From an uncultured Bacilli bacterium (GTDB lineage: Bacteria; Bacillota_I; Bacilli_A; RF39; UBA660), in assembly GCA_947631655.1 (NCBI GenBank), contig CANRME010000001.1:1-58253 (forward strand): a stretch of 58,253 bases of DNA. Reading direction: 5' to 3'. The position numbers were made by a program, and so were the translations under genes. Positions 19,483 through 27,896 of the stretch are shown piece after piece. The notes under the pieces were generated by a model. That model was not told the DNA's origin. It did not search any database and saw only the letters and a list, made by a program, of their open reading frames with translations. Every line of letters begins with the position of its first letter. Position 1 is the first letter of the stretch.

Positions 19483-20514
19483 CTAAAAAGTTCTTGATAC
19501 AACTTCTACTGTTTGGTTTAATTCTTTTTGTAATTCAAAATTTTTAGTCCATATTTGAACTACAACGTCGGTACCTTTTCTATTTAATTTTTTTGAAAAG
19601 ATCATATTACTATTTAATTCATTTGCAAAATATTTTATTATTTGTTCACTTTGCTTTTCACCACACATTAGAACAATAATCCCTTTATCGTTCAAATTAG
19701 GATATATATTTTTCATAGCCTTAACAATTTTTTCAGTCGCATTTTGGCTAAAAGGAACCTCTGTAACTATAGCATCATAACTATCCGTTAAATGCACTTC
19801 AGAAGCATCTCCCACAATATGCTTAGAACCATAATATTCTAGACCTGGCTTTAATGTTGAATCAATATCAATACTAGTTATGTCGATATTTGGGTTAATA
19901 TATTTATACATATATACTATACCGCCACCACCAGCAAATGGTTCAATTACTTTTTTCTCTTGAAAAGGCATTGACAAATTTACTAAGCATCTTGCATCTT
20001 CTACTGGTAGTGCTCTTCTTCCAAGTTCACTACCATCTCCTCTATATCCAATTATTTCTTTTTCATTACCATCTTGGGATACAATTTTAAATGGACGATT
20101 ATGAGGAGATTGGGTTTCATATAATTCTTGACTTTGAATATAAAGATTTTTTAAAGAAAATTTTAGACCTTTCCACACTAAAGGATTAATTGTTTTTAAA
20201 TTTGTTTTATTAATTGGAGTAGTTATATCAAAATCTAACTCATAAAATTCATCAAAATAGCCAATATAAGATAAACGACTAACTGCCTTATCCCAATTTT
20301 GCTTTTTTATAAAAAATGATACTAGACCTTTAATGTCTCCTAAAGGACCATTTTTTATAAATAAAACATCTAGATCATACATACTCATTAAAAATTCCAT
20401 AATTCCTAATTGTTTTGATTTAACTCTAGAATTTCTTAACTTACAACAAATAACATTATAATCTAAAACATAATTTTTTAAACTTACTCCATCTACTTCA
20501 ATAAATCTATCCAT
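19483..20514 (-). CDS. SAM-dependent methyltransferase, UPF0020/Trm11-like
   Basis: ALPVEDARCLVNLS...VIEPFAGGGGI...DAIVTEVPF. GAGGTG precedes the ATG at 20514. Confidence 0.6.
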   Translation of the reverse strand: MDRFIEVDGVSLKNYVLDYNVICCKLRNSRVKSKQLGIMEFLMSMYDLDVLFIKNGPLGDIKGLVSFFIKKQNWDKAVSRLSYIGYFDEFYELDFDITTPINKTNLKTINPLVWKGLKFSLKNLYIQSQELYETQSPHNRPFKIVSQDGNEKEIIGYRGDGSELGRRALPVEDARCLVNLSMPFQEKKVIEPFAGGGGIVYMYKYINPNIDITSIDIDSTLKPGLEYYGSKHIVGDASEVHLTDSYDAIVTEVPFSQNATEKIVKAMKNIYPNLNDKGIIVLMCGEKQSEQIIKYFANELNSNMIFSKKLNRKGTDVVVQIWTKNFELQKELNQTVEVVSRTF

Positions 20515-20526
20515 CTTACACCTCAT

Positions 20527-21396
20527 TTATATTTCTATAACTTTTTTTACTGTTCTTAAGTCTCCAATATCATTGTTTTGGCATTCTTCTAAAAAATCTT
20601 TATCTAACAGTTCTTCTATTGGAGTATTTGCATATTCCATATATTTATCTTTATTAACTTGCTCAATTAGAAACTGTTTACCAACTGTTCCTAGACAATA
20701 TTTACATGCTTCAAGACATTGTGAATTATTTAAATAATTATTAAGTTTTTTTTCAAAATAAACGTCATCAGTTATCTTTAAGCCATTAATTTCAAATGAT
20801 TGTCCTTTAATATTTTTAGATAAAGCCATCGCTTCTGGACATTTAAAAATATAGTTTTCATAAACGTTATAACATTGCCATTTATTTGCAACAATACAAG
20901 TTTTATATATTTTTTGAACAAGTTCTAAATCATTATTTTTCTGATAAGAATAAGGTTCTCTAAAGTATTGATACATATATATAATAATTTTTATTTTATA
21001 TTTTTCTTTGACTTTTTGAGACCACTCATATATTTTTTTACTTTTTTCTAAAGAATAATTATAATTAGATATCTCAATCATATCGAGATTTTTCAATACA
21101 TCATCACTAATTTTTTCTAATGATACTCCATTAGTCGGTAAAGATATTTCATCAGCAATTCCTATTTTTTTAATTTCTTCAGCTATTTTAGCTAAGTCAG
21201 GATTTAATGTTGGTTCGCCACCTAATAATCTAATAACTTTACAATGCAAACTTTTTTTTAATAAGTTTAAACTTTGTATAGTTTTATTGATATCCATAAA
21301 ACATTTCTTTTCTAGTGGTGTTAAATGACTGCATCCCCTACAAGATAAATTGCAATGATTTGAAACATGTATTTCTAAACTTTCTACAACAATCAT
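20527..21396 (-). CDS. Radical SAM enzyme (paralogue A)
   Basis: CNLSCRGCSHL, GGEPTLNPDL, and a C-terminal CKYC pair. AAGGAG precedes the ATG at 21396. Confidence 0.8.
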   Translation of the reverse strand: MIVVESLEIHVSNHCNLSCRGCSHLTPLEKKCFMDINKTIQSLNLLKKSLHCKVIRLLGGEPTLNPDLAKIAEEIKKIGIADEISLPTNGVSLEKISDDVLKNLDMIEISNYNYSLEKSKKIYEWSQKVKEKYKIKIIIYMYQYFREPYSYQKNNDLELVQKIYKTCIVANKWQCYNVYENYIFKCPEAMALSKNIKGQSFEINGLKITDDVYFEKKLNNYLNNSQCLEACKYCLGTVGKQFLIEQVNKDKYMEYANTPIEELLDKDFLEECQNNDIGDLRTVKKVIEI

Positions 21397-21416
21397 ATTA
21401 TTCTCCTTCAATTTAC

Positions 21417-22376
21417 TTATTTTTTTGCGTTTATTTTACTTTTAAAATATTTTATTGTTTGTTTTATACCTTCTTCATAAGAAACTTGTGGAATCCAATC
21501 TAATAACCCTTTAGCTTTGGCAATATTAGGTTTTCTTCTTTGAGGATCATCACTCATTTTTGCCATATAAACTATACTAGATTTAGTACTTAATAAATTT
21601 TTTATATACACTGCCACTTCTTCTATAGTTTTTTCCTGAGGATTTCCAATATTAATTGGACCATTACTTTTTTTAGCTAAATTCATATATTTATATATCG
21701 CATCGATTGTATCATCGACAAAACAGAAACTTCTTGTTTGTTTCCCACTACCATATATTGTTATTGGTTCATTATTTAAGCCTTGGGTAATAAAATTAGA
21801 GATTATTCTTCCATCTTCGGTACTCATTCCTGGTCCATATGTATTAAACAACCTGGCTACTCTTACATCTACATCATATTTTCTTATATAATCATAAATT
21901 AATGATTCTGCAGCTCTTTTACCTTCGTCATAACAGGATCTTACTCCTATTGGATTAACATTCCCCCAATATTCTTCATTTTGGGGAGATTCTAATGCAT
22001 CCCCATATACCTCAGAAGTAGAAGAATGAAAAAGTTTCCGTTTTGTTCCTTTAATTGAATCAAGCAAATTTTTTATTCCTATAACACTAGCTTCCCATGT
22101 TTCAATAGGATGATCCAAATAATATTTAGGAGATGCGGGACAAGCAAAATTATATATTTCATCAATATCCAATTCGTTTATAACATTAATAATTTTATTA
22201 TCACATATATCCATTTCAATAAAGTTTACTTTTTTTCCAAGATAAGCTTCAATGTTTTCCTTATTACTAGTACTTAGATTATCAATTACATAGATAGTAT
22301 CATTAGTTTCTTTTAATATTTTTTTTACCATATTACTACCTAAAAATCCACATCCACCAGTTATTAGTATTCTCAT
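21417..22376 (-). CDS. uxs: UDP-glucuronate decarboxylase (UDP-xylose synthase), SDR family
   Basis: ILITGGCGFLGSN, STSEVYGD, CYDEGKRAAESL, RLFNTYGP. Confidence 0.9.
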   Translation of the reverse strand: MRILITGGCGFLGSNMVKKILKETNDTIYVIDNLSTSNKENIEAYLGKKVNFIEMDICDNKIINVINELDIDEIYNFACPASPKYYLDHPIETWEASVIGIKNLLDSIKGTKRKLFHSSTSEVYGDALESPQNEEYWGNVNPIGVRSCYDEGKRAAESLIYDYIRKYDVDVRVARLFNTYGPGMSTEDGRIISNFITQGLNNEPITIYGSGKQTRSFCFVDDTIDAIYKYMNLAKKSNGPINIGNPQEKTIEEVAVYIKNLLSTKSSIVYMAKMSDDPQRRKPNIAKAKGLLDWIPQVSYEEGIKQTIKYFKSKINAKK

Positions 22377-22409
22377 AACTACCTCCTATAAAAAGTAAAA
22401 GTTTAAAAT

Positions 22410-22438
22410 ATTTTATCTTTTTTTTATAGTAATGTCAA
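22410..22438 (-). promoter_or_regulatory. Sigma70-type promoter of the 15-gene operon
   Basis: The minus strand reads TTGACA, 17 nt, TAAAAT, about 30 nt upstream of the uxs RBS. Confidence 0.5.
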
Positions 22439-22492
22439 TAATTAGCTAAAGACTCACTTAATGACTAATTAGCTAAAGACTCACTTAATGAC
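22439..22492. repeat. Perfect tandem duplication, 2 x 27 bp (taattagctaaagactcacttaatgac), abutting the -35 box
   Basis: The two copies (22439-22465 and 22466-22492) are identical. Each contains the 8 bp palindrome TTAGCTAA. Confidence 0.9.
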
Positions 22493-22567
22493 ATAAAAAA
22501 AATTAAAGCTTACTCTTTGAGTTTAAATATTATACTCAAAAAGGCTCTAATCAAATAGTATTTTAAA

Positions 22568-23251
22568 CTAATTTATAGATTTAGATAAAATAGTTACTTT
22601 ATTATTTTTATCAATACTTAGTAAAGAAATGTTTTCGAGCTTCTGATGTTTAGTTTTTAAATAATTATTTAACCAAGTTTTAGTTTTTTTAGATTTTTTT
22701 AATTCAGCATTATCTATACTGCCATCAACAATAATAATATGCGCTAAAGTTTGTTTCTTACTATTTTTTTGAATATCGTTTTTAACGTCATTACTAGTTA
22801 GCGGTTGGGAATTTCCTTTTAAAAGAATAGAGACATCACCAGAAGGTTCTAGGACGGCCGAATCTAACTCATTAATGTCAAAGCATCCTTTAAGACGGCA
22901 ATGCTCTAAAACCTTAGCAACACTCATTTTAGCTTTATCTAAGTTAGGGTAAATAAAATTATTATTTTCAAATAAGACAATCGGCTCACCATCAATAAAT
23001 TCTTCAACCGAATGACTTTGAAGTGATAATAAAGACGCCAGATACCCAATAATAGCAAAAACTATAATAGCAATTAAACCATCATATAAAGGAGTATCTA
23101 AACTTATGATACTATCTGCAGCAATGGAACCAATGGTAATACTTAAAATATAATCATACAAAGTTAAGTTTTTAATTTGTTTTTTACCTAATATTTTGAC
23201 AATTATAAATAACGCTATAAACATTACAATAGCTCTTAATACTATTTCCAT
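22568..23251 (-). CDS. YetF/DUF421-family membrane protein
   Basis: N-terminal TM helices (LRAIVMFIALFIIVKILGKKQI, LYDYILSITIGSIAA) followed by a soluble C-terminal domain. Confidence 0.7.
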   Translation of the reverse strand: MEIVLRAIVMFIALFIIVKILGKKQIKNLTLYDYILSITIGSIAADSIISLDTPLYDGLIAIIVFAIIGYLASLLSLQSHSVEEFIDGEPIVLFENNNFIYPNLDKAKMSVAKVLEHCRLKGCFDINELDSAVLEPSGDVSILLKGNSQPLTSNDVKNDIQKNSKKQTLAHIIIVDGSIDNAELKKSKKTKTWLNNYLKTKHQKLENISLLSIDKNNKVTILSKSIN

Positions 23252-23310
23252 TCTATATCACCTAATTTTAGATATACCCTAGTTAAAGAAATTTATACTA
23301 ATGTAACAAA

Positions 23311-23386
23311 AATGCGCAGTTTTTTGAAAATACTGAGCATTTTTTAATTTTTTACACCCTATTTTGGCAGTTATTGCGCATTTTTT
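23311..23386. repeat. Left copy of a roughly 75 bp direct repeat flanking the Fic gene
   Basis: aatgcgcagttttttgaaaatactgagcattttttaattttttacaccctattttggcagttattgcgcatttttt. About 88 percent identical by eye to 24571-24645. Confidence 0.8.
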
Positions 23387-24476
23387 ATTCGTTACCAACA
23401 AATACATTATAAACTTTAGTATATCTATAAGCCTTCTTAGCTATTGTATTATCTTCATGAATAATTTCTAAGCTTACTAATTCTTTAATTATTTTAGAAA
23501 TAGTATTACGAGAAAAATTAGTTTCTAATTCAAGGTCTTTAATAGTAAATACAATATTTTTAAGAATTAAAGGCATTATAATATATACGGCTTTTCCTTT
23601 TATTACTTTAATCTTTTCTAAATCATTTTTATATATTTCTCTAATTCTATCTAATTTTATAATATAACTATTACATTGGTCGATAATACAATTTAAGAAG
23701 AATTTAATAAATCCTAATATATTACCTCTCCGGCTTTCATTTAAATACATATAATAACTAGGTTTATATAATTCAATAATTTCTGAAAGAAATAATATTG
23801 GTTCACTTTCTGTTAATAAAGCCAATTGAATAGGAATTAAAGCCCGTCCTAATCGTCCATTACCATCACGATAAGCATGAATAGTTTCAAATTGCATATG
23901 CGATATTGCTAAATTTACAAAGGTAGGGTCAATAAAAGTATTATTCATATATTTAAAGAGATTATCTAATAAAATAGGTACTTCTTCCGGTATTGGGGGG
24001 ATAAATGTAGCCCGTTCTATCGGACATCCTTTTGGTCCTATCCAGTTTTGCGTAGTTCTAATATGACCTGGTTCTTTATTACTGCCTCTAACACTATCTA
24101 AAAGAATTTTATGTAATTCATTAACAAAAGTAATATTTATTTCCTTTTTTTCTTTTAAATATTCTTTAGCATATAAAATTACTTTTTTTAAATTTTGAAT
24201 TTCTTTATTATCATCATTTTTAGGTAAATATTTTAAATAATACATTTCATCTTGTGATATTTGAGCTCCTTCTATTTGGGTAGATTTTAAACTTTCAGTT
24301 AAAATTATTGAATTTAAAAAGTAATTAGAATTAAATTCTAGATTATTTAAAGATGTTTTATATTCCCCATATTTTTGATTAGATTCCGCTAGCAATTTTA
24401 ACAAATCTTTATCTAAATCATAATTAATTGGTAATGCTTTTACTTTAATTGGTTCCATATAATATTGCCCTTTCAT
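23385..24476 (-). CDS. Class II Fic-family protein (AMPylator-type), with a C-terminal winged-helix-like tail
   Basis: Fic motif HAYRDGNGRLGRAL, and the N-terminal inhibitory motif STQIEG ([S/T]xxxE[G/N]). Confidence 0.9.
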   Translation of the reverse strand: MKGQYYMEPIKVKALPINYDLDKDLLKLLAESNQKYGEYKTSLNNLEFNSNYFLNSIILTESLKSTQIEGAQISQDEMYYLKYLPKNDDNKEIQNLKKVILYAKEYLKEKKEINITFVNELHKILLDSVRGSNKEPGHIRTTQNWIGPKGCPIERATFIPPIPEEVPILLDNLFKYMNNTFIDPTFVNLAISHMQFETIHAYRDGNGRLGRALIPIQLALLTESEPILFLSEIIELYKPSYYMYLNESRRGNILGFIKFFLNCIIDQCNSYIIKLDRIREIYKNDLEKIKVIKGKAVYIIMPLILKNIVFTIKDLELETNFSRNTISKIIKELVSLEIIHEDNTIAKKAYRYTKVYNVFVGNE

Positions 24477-24517
24477 ATTTATCTTATATCATATATTATA
24501 TTAAATGTAAATTAAAA

Positions 24518-24645
24518 AATGCGCAGTTTTTTTAAAATATTGCGTATTTTTTTACTATTTTTTTACAATTTTGTGCAGTTTTTTTAAAATACTGATCATT
24601 TTTATCTTTTTTGTACCCTATTTTGGCAATTATTGCGCATTTTTA
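24518..24645. repeat. Right-hand repeat block: one partial and one full copy of the Fic-flanking repeat
   Basis: 24518-24567 is a partial copy and 24571-24645 a full copy. TGNNCA plus T-tract motifs start at 24520, 24541, 24572, 24593 and 24634. Confidence 0.8.
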
Positions 24646-24688
24646 TAAATCGACTTCTTTTTTAAAAAATATATTTTATAATTTAATT

Positions 24689-25921
24689 ATGAAAAAGATA
24701 ATATTGTTTATATTTATTTTAAGTTGCATAGGATGTAATAAGAAAGAAGAATTAGTTATGGAACACTATGATGATAGTTATATAGAAATAATACCAAATA
24801 ATTCTAAATATTATATTGATAATTTATTAGATAATAAAGTTATACTATCTTTAGAAGAAATAAAAAAATATAATAAAGAAATAGAAAGTAAAACCAATTA
24901 TTTATATGACTTAGATATTAAAACTTTAAAAAAAGAAGAAATAATAAATTTTATTAATATGTATACAATACCTGTTCTACACAAATATAATGATGAAAAA
25001 GAAATTACGGAAGAAGAGATTAAGACGATTTTAGAAAATAGAAATATAGATAATGTACCTAGTGAGGTTAAATTAAAAAAAGGATTAGTTATTAGAAGAG
25101 CTAATCTTAGATCTTTCCCTACTGATATTTCTTTTTATGATAAAGTAAATGATAATAATTTTGATAGAATTCAAGAAACGGAAGTTACAGTTAATACGCC
25201 CGTTTTAGTTATACATAGTAGTAAAGATAGCAAATACTTTTTGGTTATGACTAAAAATTATGTAGGTTGGGTAAAAGAAGATGATATAGTTTTAGTTAAT
25301 AATGAAGATTATAACTATTTTACTAAAACCCAAAACTTTGCAGTTATTACAGATGCTATGATAGAAATAAGTGATACTATCTTAGATATGGGAGTTAAAT
25401 TACCTTATAATAAAACTCGAAAAAATGGTTATGAGTTAGTAATGCCTATTAAAGATAAAGATGGTAATTTAATTAAAAAAAGAATTACTATTTCCAGAGA
25501 AAAAGCTCATATAGGTTATTTACCATATACTAAAAGAAATTTATATATTGAGGCTTTTAAATATGAAGGAGTTCCCTATAGCTGGGGTGGAAAAGATATG
25601 GGAGTCGATTGTTCTAGTTACGTTTTAAATGTTTATAAAACATTCGGTTTTATTTTCCCCAGAAATACTTTTTCCCAAAATACCAGTGTGGGGGAAATTA
25701 TCTCTTTAGAAAATAAAACGAGAGATGAAAAATTAAAAATTATTGAAGAATATCCGGGGAATCTTTTATATGAAGATGGACATGTTTTAATATATTTAGG
25801 CATTAAAAATGCTAAACACTATGTTATTAATGCTTCTGGTAGTATTTTAAAAGTGGTAGAAGAAGAGTTAGATTCAAGTTATCATCTAGATAAAATTAAA
25901 AAATTAGTCTTAGTTAATTAA
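24689..25921 (+). CDS. Secreted or lipoprotein-like NlpC/P60 cell-wall hydrolase with an SH3-like region
   Basis: MKKIILFIFILSCIGC N-terminus and an NlpC/P60 core (GVPYSWGGKDMGVDCSSYV ... GHVLIYLG). The TTG-start extension from 24611 only translates the repeat block. Confidence 0.85.
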   Translation: MKKIILFIFILSCIGCNKKEELVMEHYDDSYIEIIPNNSKYYIDNLLDNKVILSLEEIKKYNKEIESKTNYLYDLDIKTLKKEEIINFINMYTIPVLHKYNDEKEITEEEIKTILENRNIDNVPSEVKLKKGLVIRRANLRSFPTDISFYDKVNDNNFDRIQETEVTVNTPVLVIHSSKDSKYFLVMTKNYVGWVKEDDIVLVNNEDYNYFTKTQNFAVITDAMIEISDTILDMGVKLPYNKTRKNGYELVMPIKDKDGNLIKKRITISREKAHIGYLPYTKRNLYIEAFKYEGVPYSWGGKDMGVDCSSYVLNVYKTFGFIFPRNTFSQNTSVGEIISLENKTRDEKLKIIEEYPGNLLYEDGHVLIYLGIKNAKHYVINASGSILKVVEEELDSSYHLDKIKKLVLVN

Positions 25922-26843
25922 CTTTACGATATAGAATAACTCCATCTTGACCTCTTCGAAATGGAATGCGTACACCTGGAAAATTTATATATTCGGGATT
26001 ATATTCTTTAAAGATATTTAAAGTATTAGATAAATCATAAAGGCGAGCAAGATTAGGAAAATATCTACTAGTAGGAATAGTGTTATATAAATAAGCAATT
26101 AACATATGGCCATTGGTATTTAAATGGGTATTTAAAACATCGATGACTTGTTTTTTAAAATATTCTAAATTTTCTTCATATCTGGCAATATTAGATAACC
26201 AAATGTTATCATAGTTTCTATTTAAATTAGGTTGATAAATATCCGTAGTTATAAATTCAATATTGATATTGTTTAATTTTTTCTTAAGTTCTTCATAAGA
26301 GTTAGAGTCCTTTAAATAAAGATTATATTTTTTTAAATATGGCCATCTATCTTCATCACTCTCAAATAATTTTCTAACTATATAAGGTTTATAAGTATTA
26401 AACAGTTCTTCCCAAAAATAATATGCATCATAGTTTAAGTTTTTTAGAGAATCTTTGATTTTTAAGTAAGTATTTCTATTAAATACTTTTTCATTTCGTT
26501 CATAAATATGGGGGTAATTCATATAACAAAAGAACTTTAAAAATTCTTCTAAGTTAACTTGCGAAATAGTGGCATACTTTAAATAGAAATAATATTCTGT
26601 ATAAGGATTAACATCTAAAATAGTAACATCATTACACCCTTTTAAGATAGCATTTAGAGCTTGGTCGCCAGAAGAACCAACAGTTAGCAAAGATTTATTT
26701 TCTAGGTTAAATAAATTTATATAGCCAGCAATATTTTCCGTGGTAAAAGGGTAGATTAAAGGAAAACTCAAAGATTCTGCTTCATCATAATATACTTTAT
26801 CTTCACATCTTTGTTTAGCACTTTTTAGAATTTGCTCTAGCAT
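25914..26843 (-). CDS. DUF3419 (BtaA-like, SAM-dependent) family protein
   Basis: LLTVGSSGDQALNAILKGCNDVTILDVNPYTEYYFYLKYA...LEEFLKFF matches the DUF3419 N-terminal pattern as I recall it. Confidence 0.55.
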   Translation of the reverse strand: MLEQILKSAKQRCEDKVYYDEAESLSFPLIYPFTTENIAGYINLFNLENKSLLTVGSSGDQALNAILKGCNDVTILDVNPYTEYYFYLKYATISQVNLEEFLKFFCYMNYPHIYERNEKVFNRNTYLKIKDSLKNLNYDAYYFWEELFNTYKPYIVRKLFESDEDRWPYLKKYNLYLKDSNSYEELKKKLNNINIEFITTDIYQPNLNRNYDNIWLSNIARYEENLEYFKKQVIDVLNTHLNTNGHMLIAYLYNTIPTSRYFPNLARLYDLSNTLNIFKEYNPEYINFPGVRIPFRRGQDGVILYRKVN

Positions 26844-26943
26844 ATTAATCTCCCCTTTTGGTGCTGCTTATCTTATCATAATCTTTTTAAGATTGCAATA
26901 GATGTCATAAATATATTATAATTAAGATGAAAGGAGTTTATAT

Positions 26944-27765
26944 ATGGCAGTAGTTCAAAGTAAAGTGGGGAGATTAGGATTATTTTTAGCTAACCCAATG
27001 GTTGCTAAAATGGACAAGGTAGAAGAAAGTGGGGAACCTTCTTGTACAGCCCAAGGAATAATTCTAAAAACCATATTTTTCTTATTACTTACAATTGCAG
27101 GGGTAGCAATATTTTTTGCAACGAGTAGTATGGTCCCAGCGACTTATGTGGAAAATATTGAAGGATTTGATGTTAACTTAATTGAAGCTGCAATTGCTTT
27201 TGGTAGTTTATTTGTAGGTTTAATTGGTACATTAATTTGCTTTAAATTTGTTAGAGCATCATTCTTATTTGGTTCGATTTATTCTTTAAGTCAAGGATAT
27301 GCTTTAGCATTTTTATTCCATATTTTTGGTTATCAATATGTTTATCCTTGTTTAATTGCTTTAGGTCTTACAATTTTAATCGTTTTTGTAATGCTTTTCT
27401 TATATAGAGCACATATTGTTAAGGTAGAGAAGAAGTTCGCTTCTTGTCTAGCAACTTTAGTAGTAGTTGGAGCATTACTTGCTTTAGGAGTTTATATAAT
27501 GACTTTAATACCAGCAACTCAAGAATATGCTGAGTTTATTATTGATAATAGCATTGTAGTTTCTATTGCAGGTACCGTAGGTATTATCGTCGCAACATTA
27601 TTCTTATTAGTAGATTTTGAAGTAATTAATCATAGTATCCAAAGTAAATTACCAAAGAAATATGAATGGCTTGGTGCTTATGCCTTATCATTTGCAATTA
27701 TTGAGATATACTTTAAGATACTTAATTTTATAATTCAAGCCGCTGGTAATAAGGAAGGAAATTAA
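26944..27765 (+). CDS. Polytopic membrane protein, possibly Bax-inhibitor-1/YccA-like
   Basis: About seven hydrophobic helices and a C-terminal IIEIYFKILNFII segment. The family call is tentative. Confidence 0.5.
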   Translation: MAVVQSKVGRLGLFLANPMVAKMDKVEESGEPSCTAQGIILKTIFFLLLTIAGVAIFFATSSMVPATYVENIEGFDVNLIEAAIAFGSLFVGLIGTLICFKFVRASFLFGSIYSLSQGYALAFLFHIFGYQYVYPCLIALGLTILIVFVMLFLYRAHIVKVEKKFASCLATLVVVGALLALGVYIMTLIPATQEYAEFIIDNSIVVSIAGTVGIIVATLFLLVDFEVINHSIQSKLPKKYEWLGAYALSFAIIEIYFKILNFIIQAAGNKEGN

Positions 27766-27791
27766 TCGGTTCGTAATGAACTGATTTTTTT
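27764..27791 (+). terminator. Rho-independent terminator
   Basis: Stem aatcggttc/gaactgatt (one G-U pair), loop gtaat, then a T7 run. Confidence 0.55.
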
Positions 27792-27896
27792 ATGGAAAAA
27801 ATAGGAAGTATAAATTATTATTTTTGACAATTTAAATAATTTTATGTATTTAATTAAAGAATTGGGTAAAAATAATAGTGGAAAGGAGTAGACAAC

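Noticed and set aside
22439-24645. Possibility that the 27 bp tandem repeat or the Fic-flanking repeats form a CRISPR array
   Set aside because: The 27 bp unit has only two copies, directly abutting with no spacers. The Fic repeats are imperfect, about 75 bp long, and separated by a whole gene. No cas genes are present in the window.
23311-24645. Fic cassette as an insertion sequence, transposon or integron cassette
   Set aside because: There is no transposase or integrase ORF in any frame nearby. The flanking repeats are direct, not inverted, and far longer than target-site duplications. It is kept only as a recombination or regulatory-repeat hypothesis in the findings.
24611-24688. TTG-initiated 26-codon N-terminal extension of the NlpC/P60 gene (MYPILAIIAHFYKS...)
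   Set aside because: It merely translates the right-hand Fic-flanking repeat. The ATG at 24689 gives a canonical signal or lipoprotein-like N-terminus (MKKIILFIFIL...).
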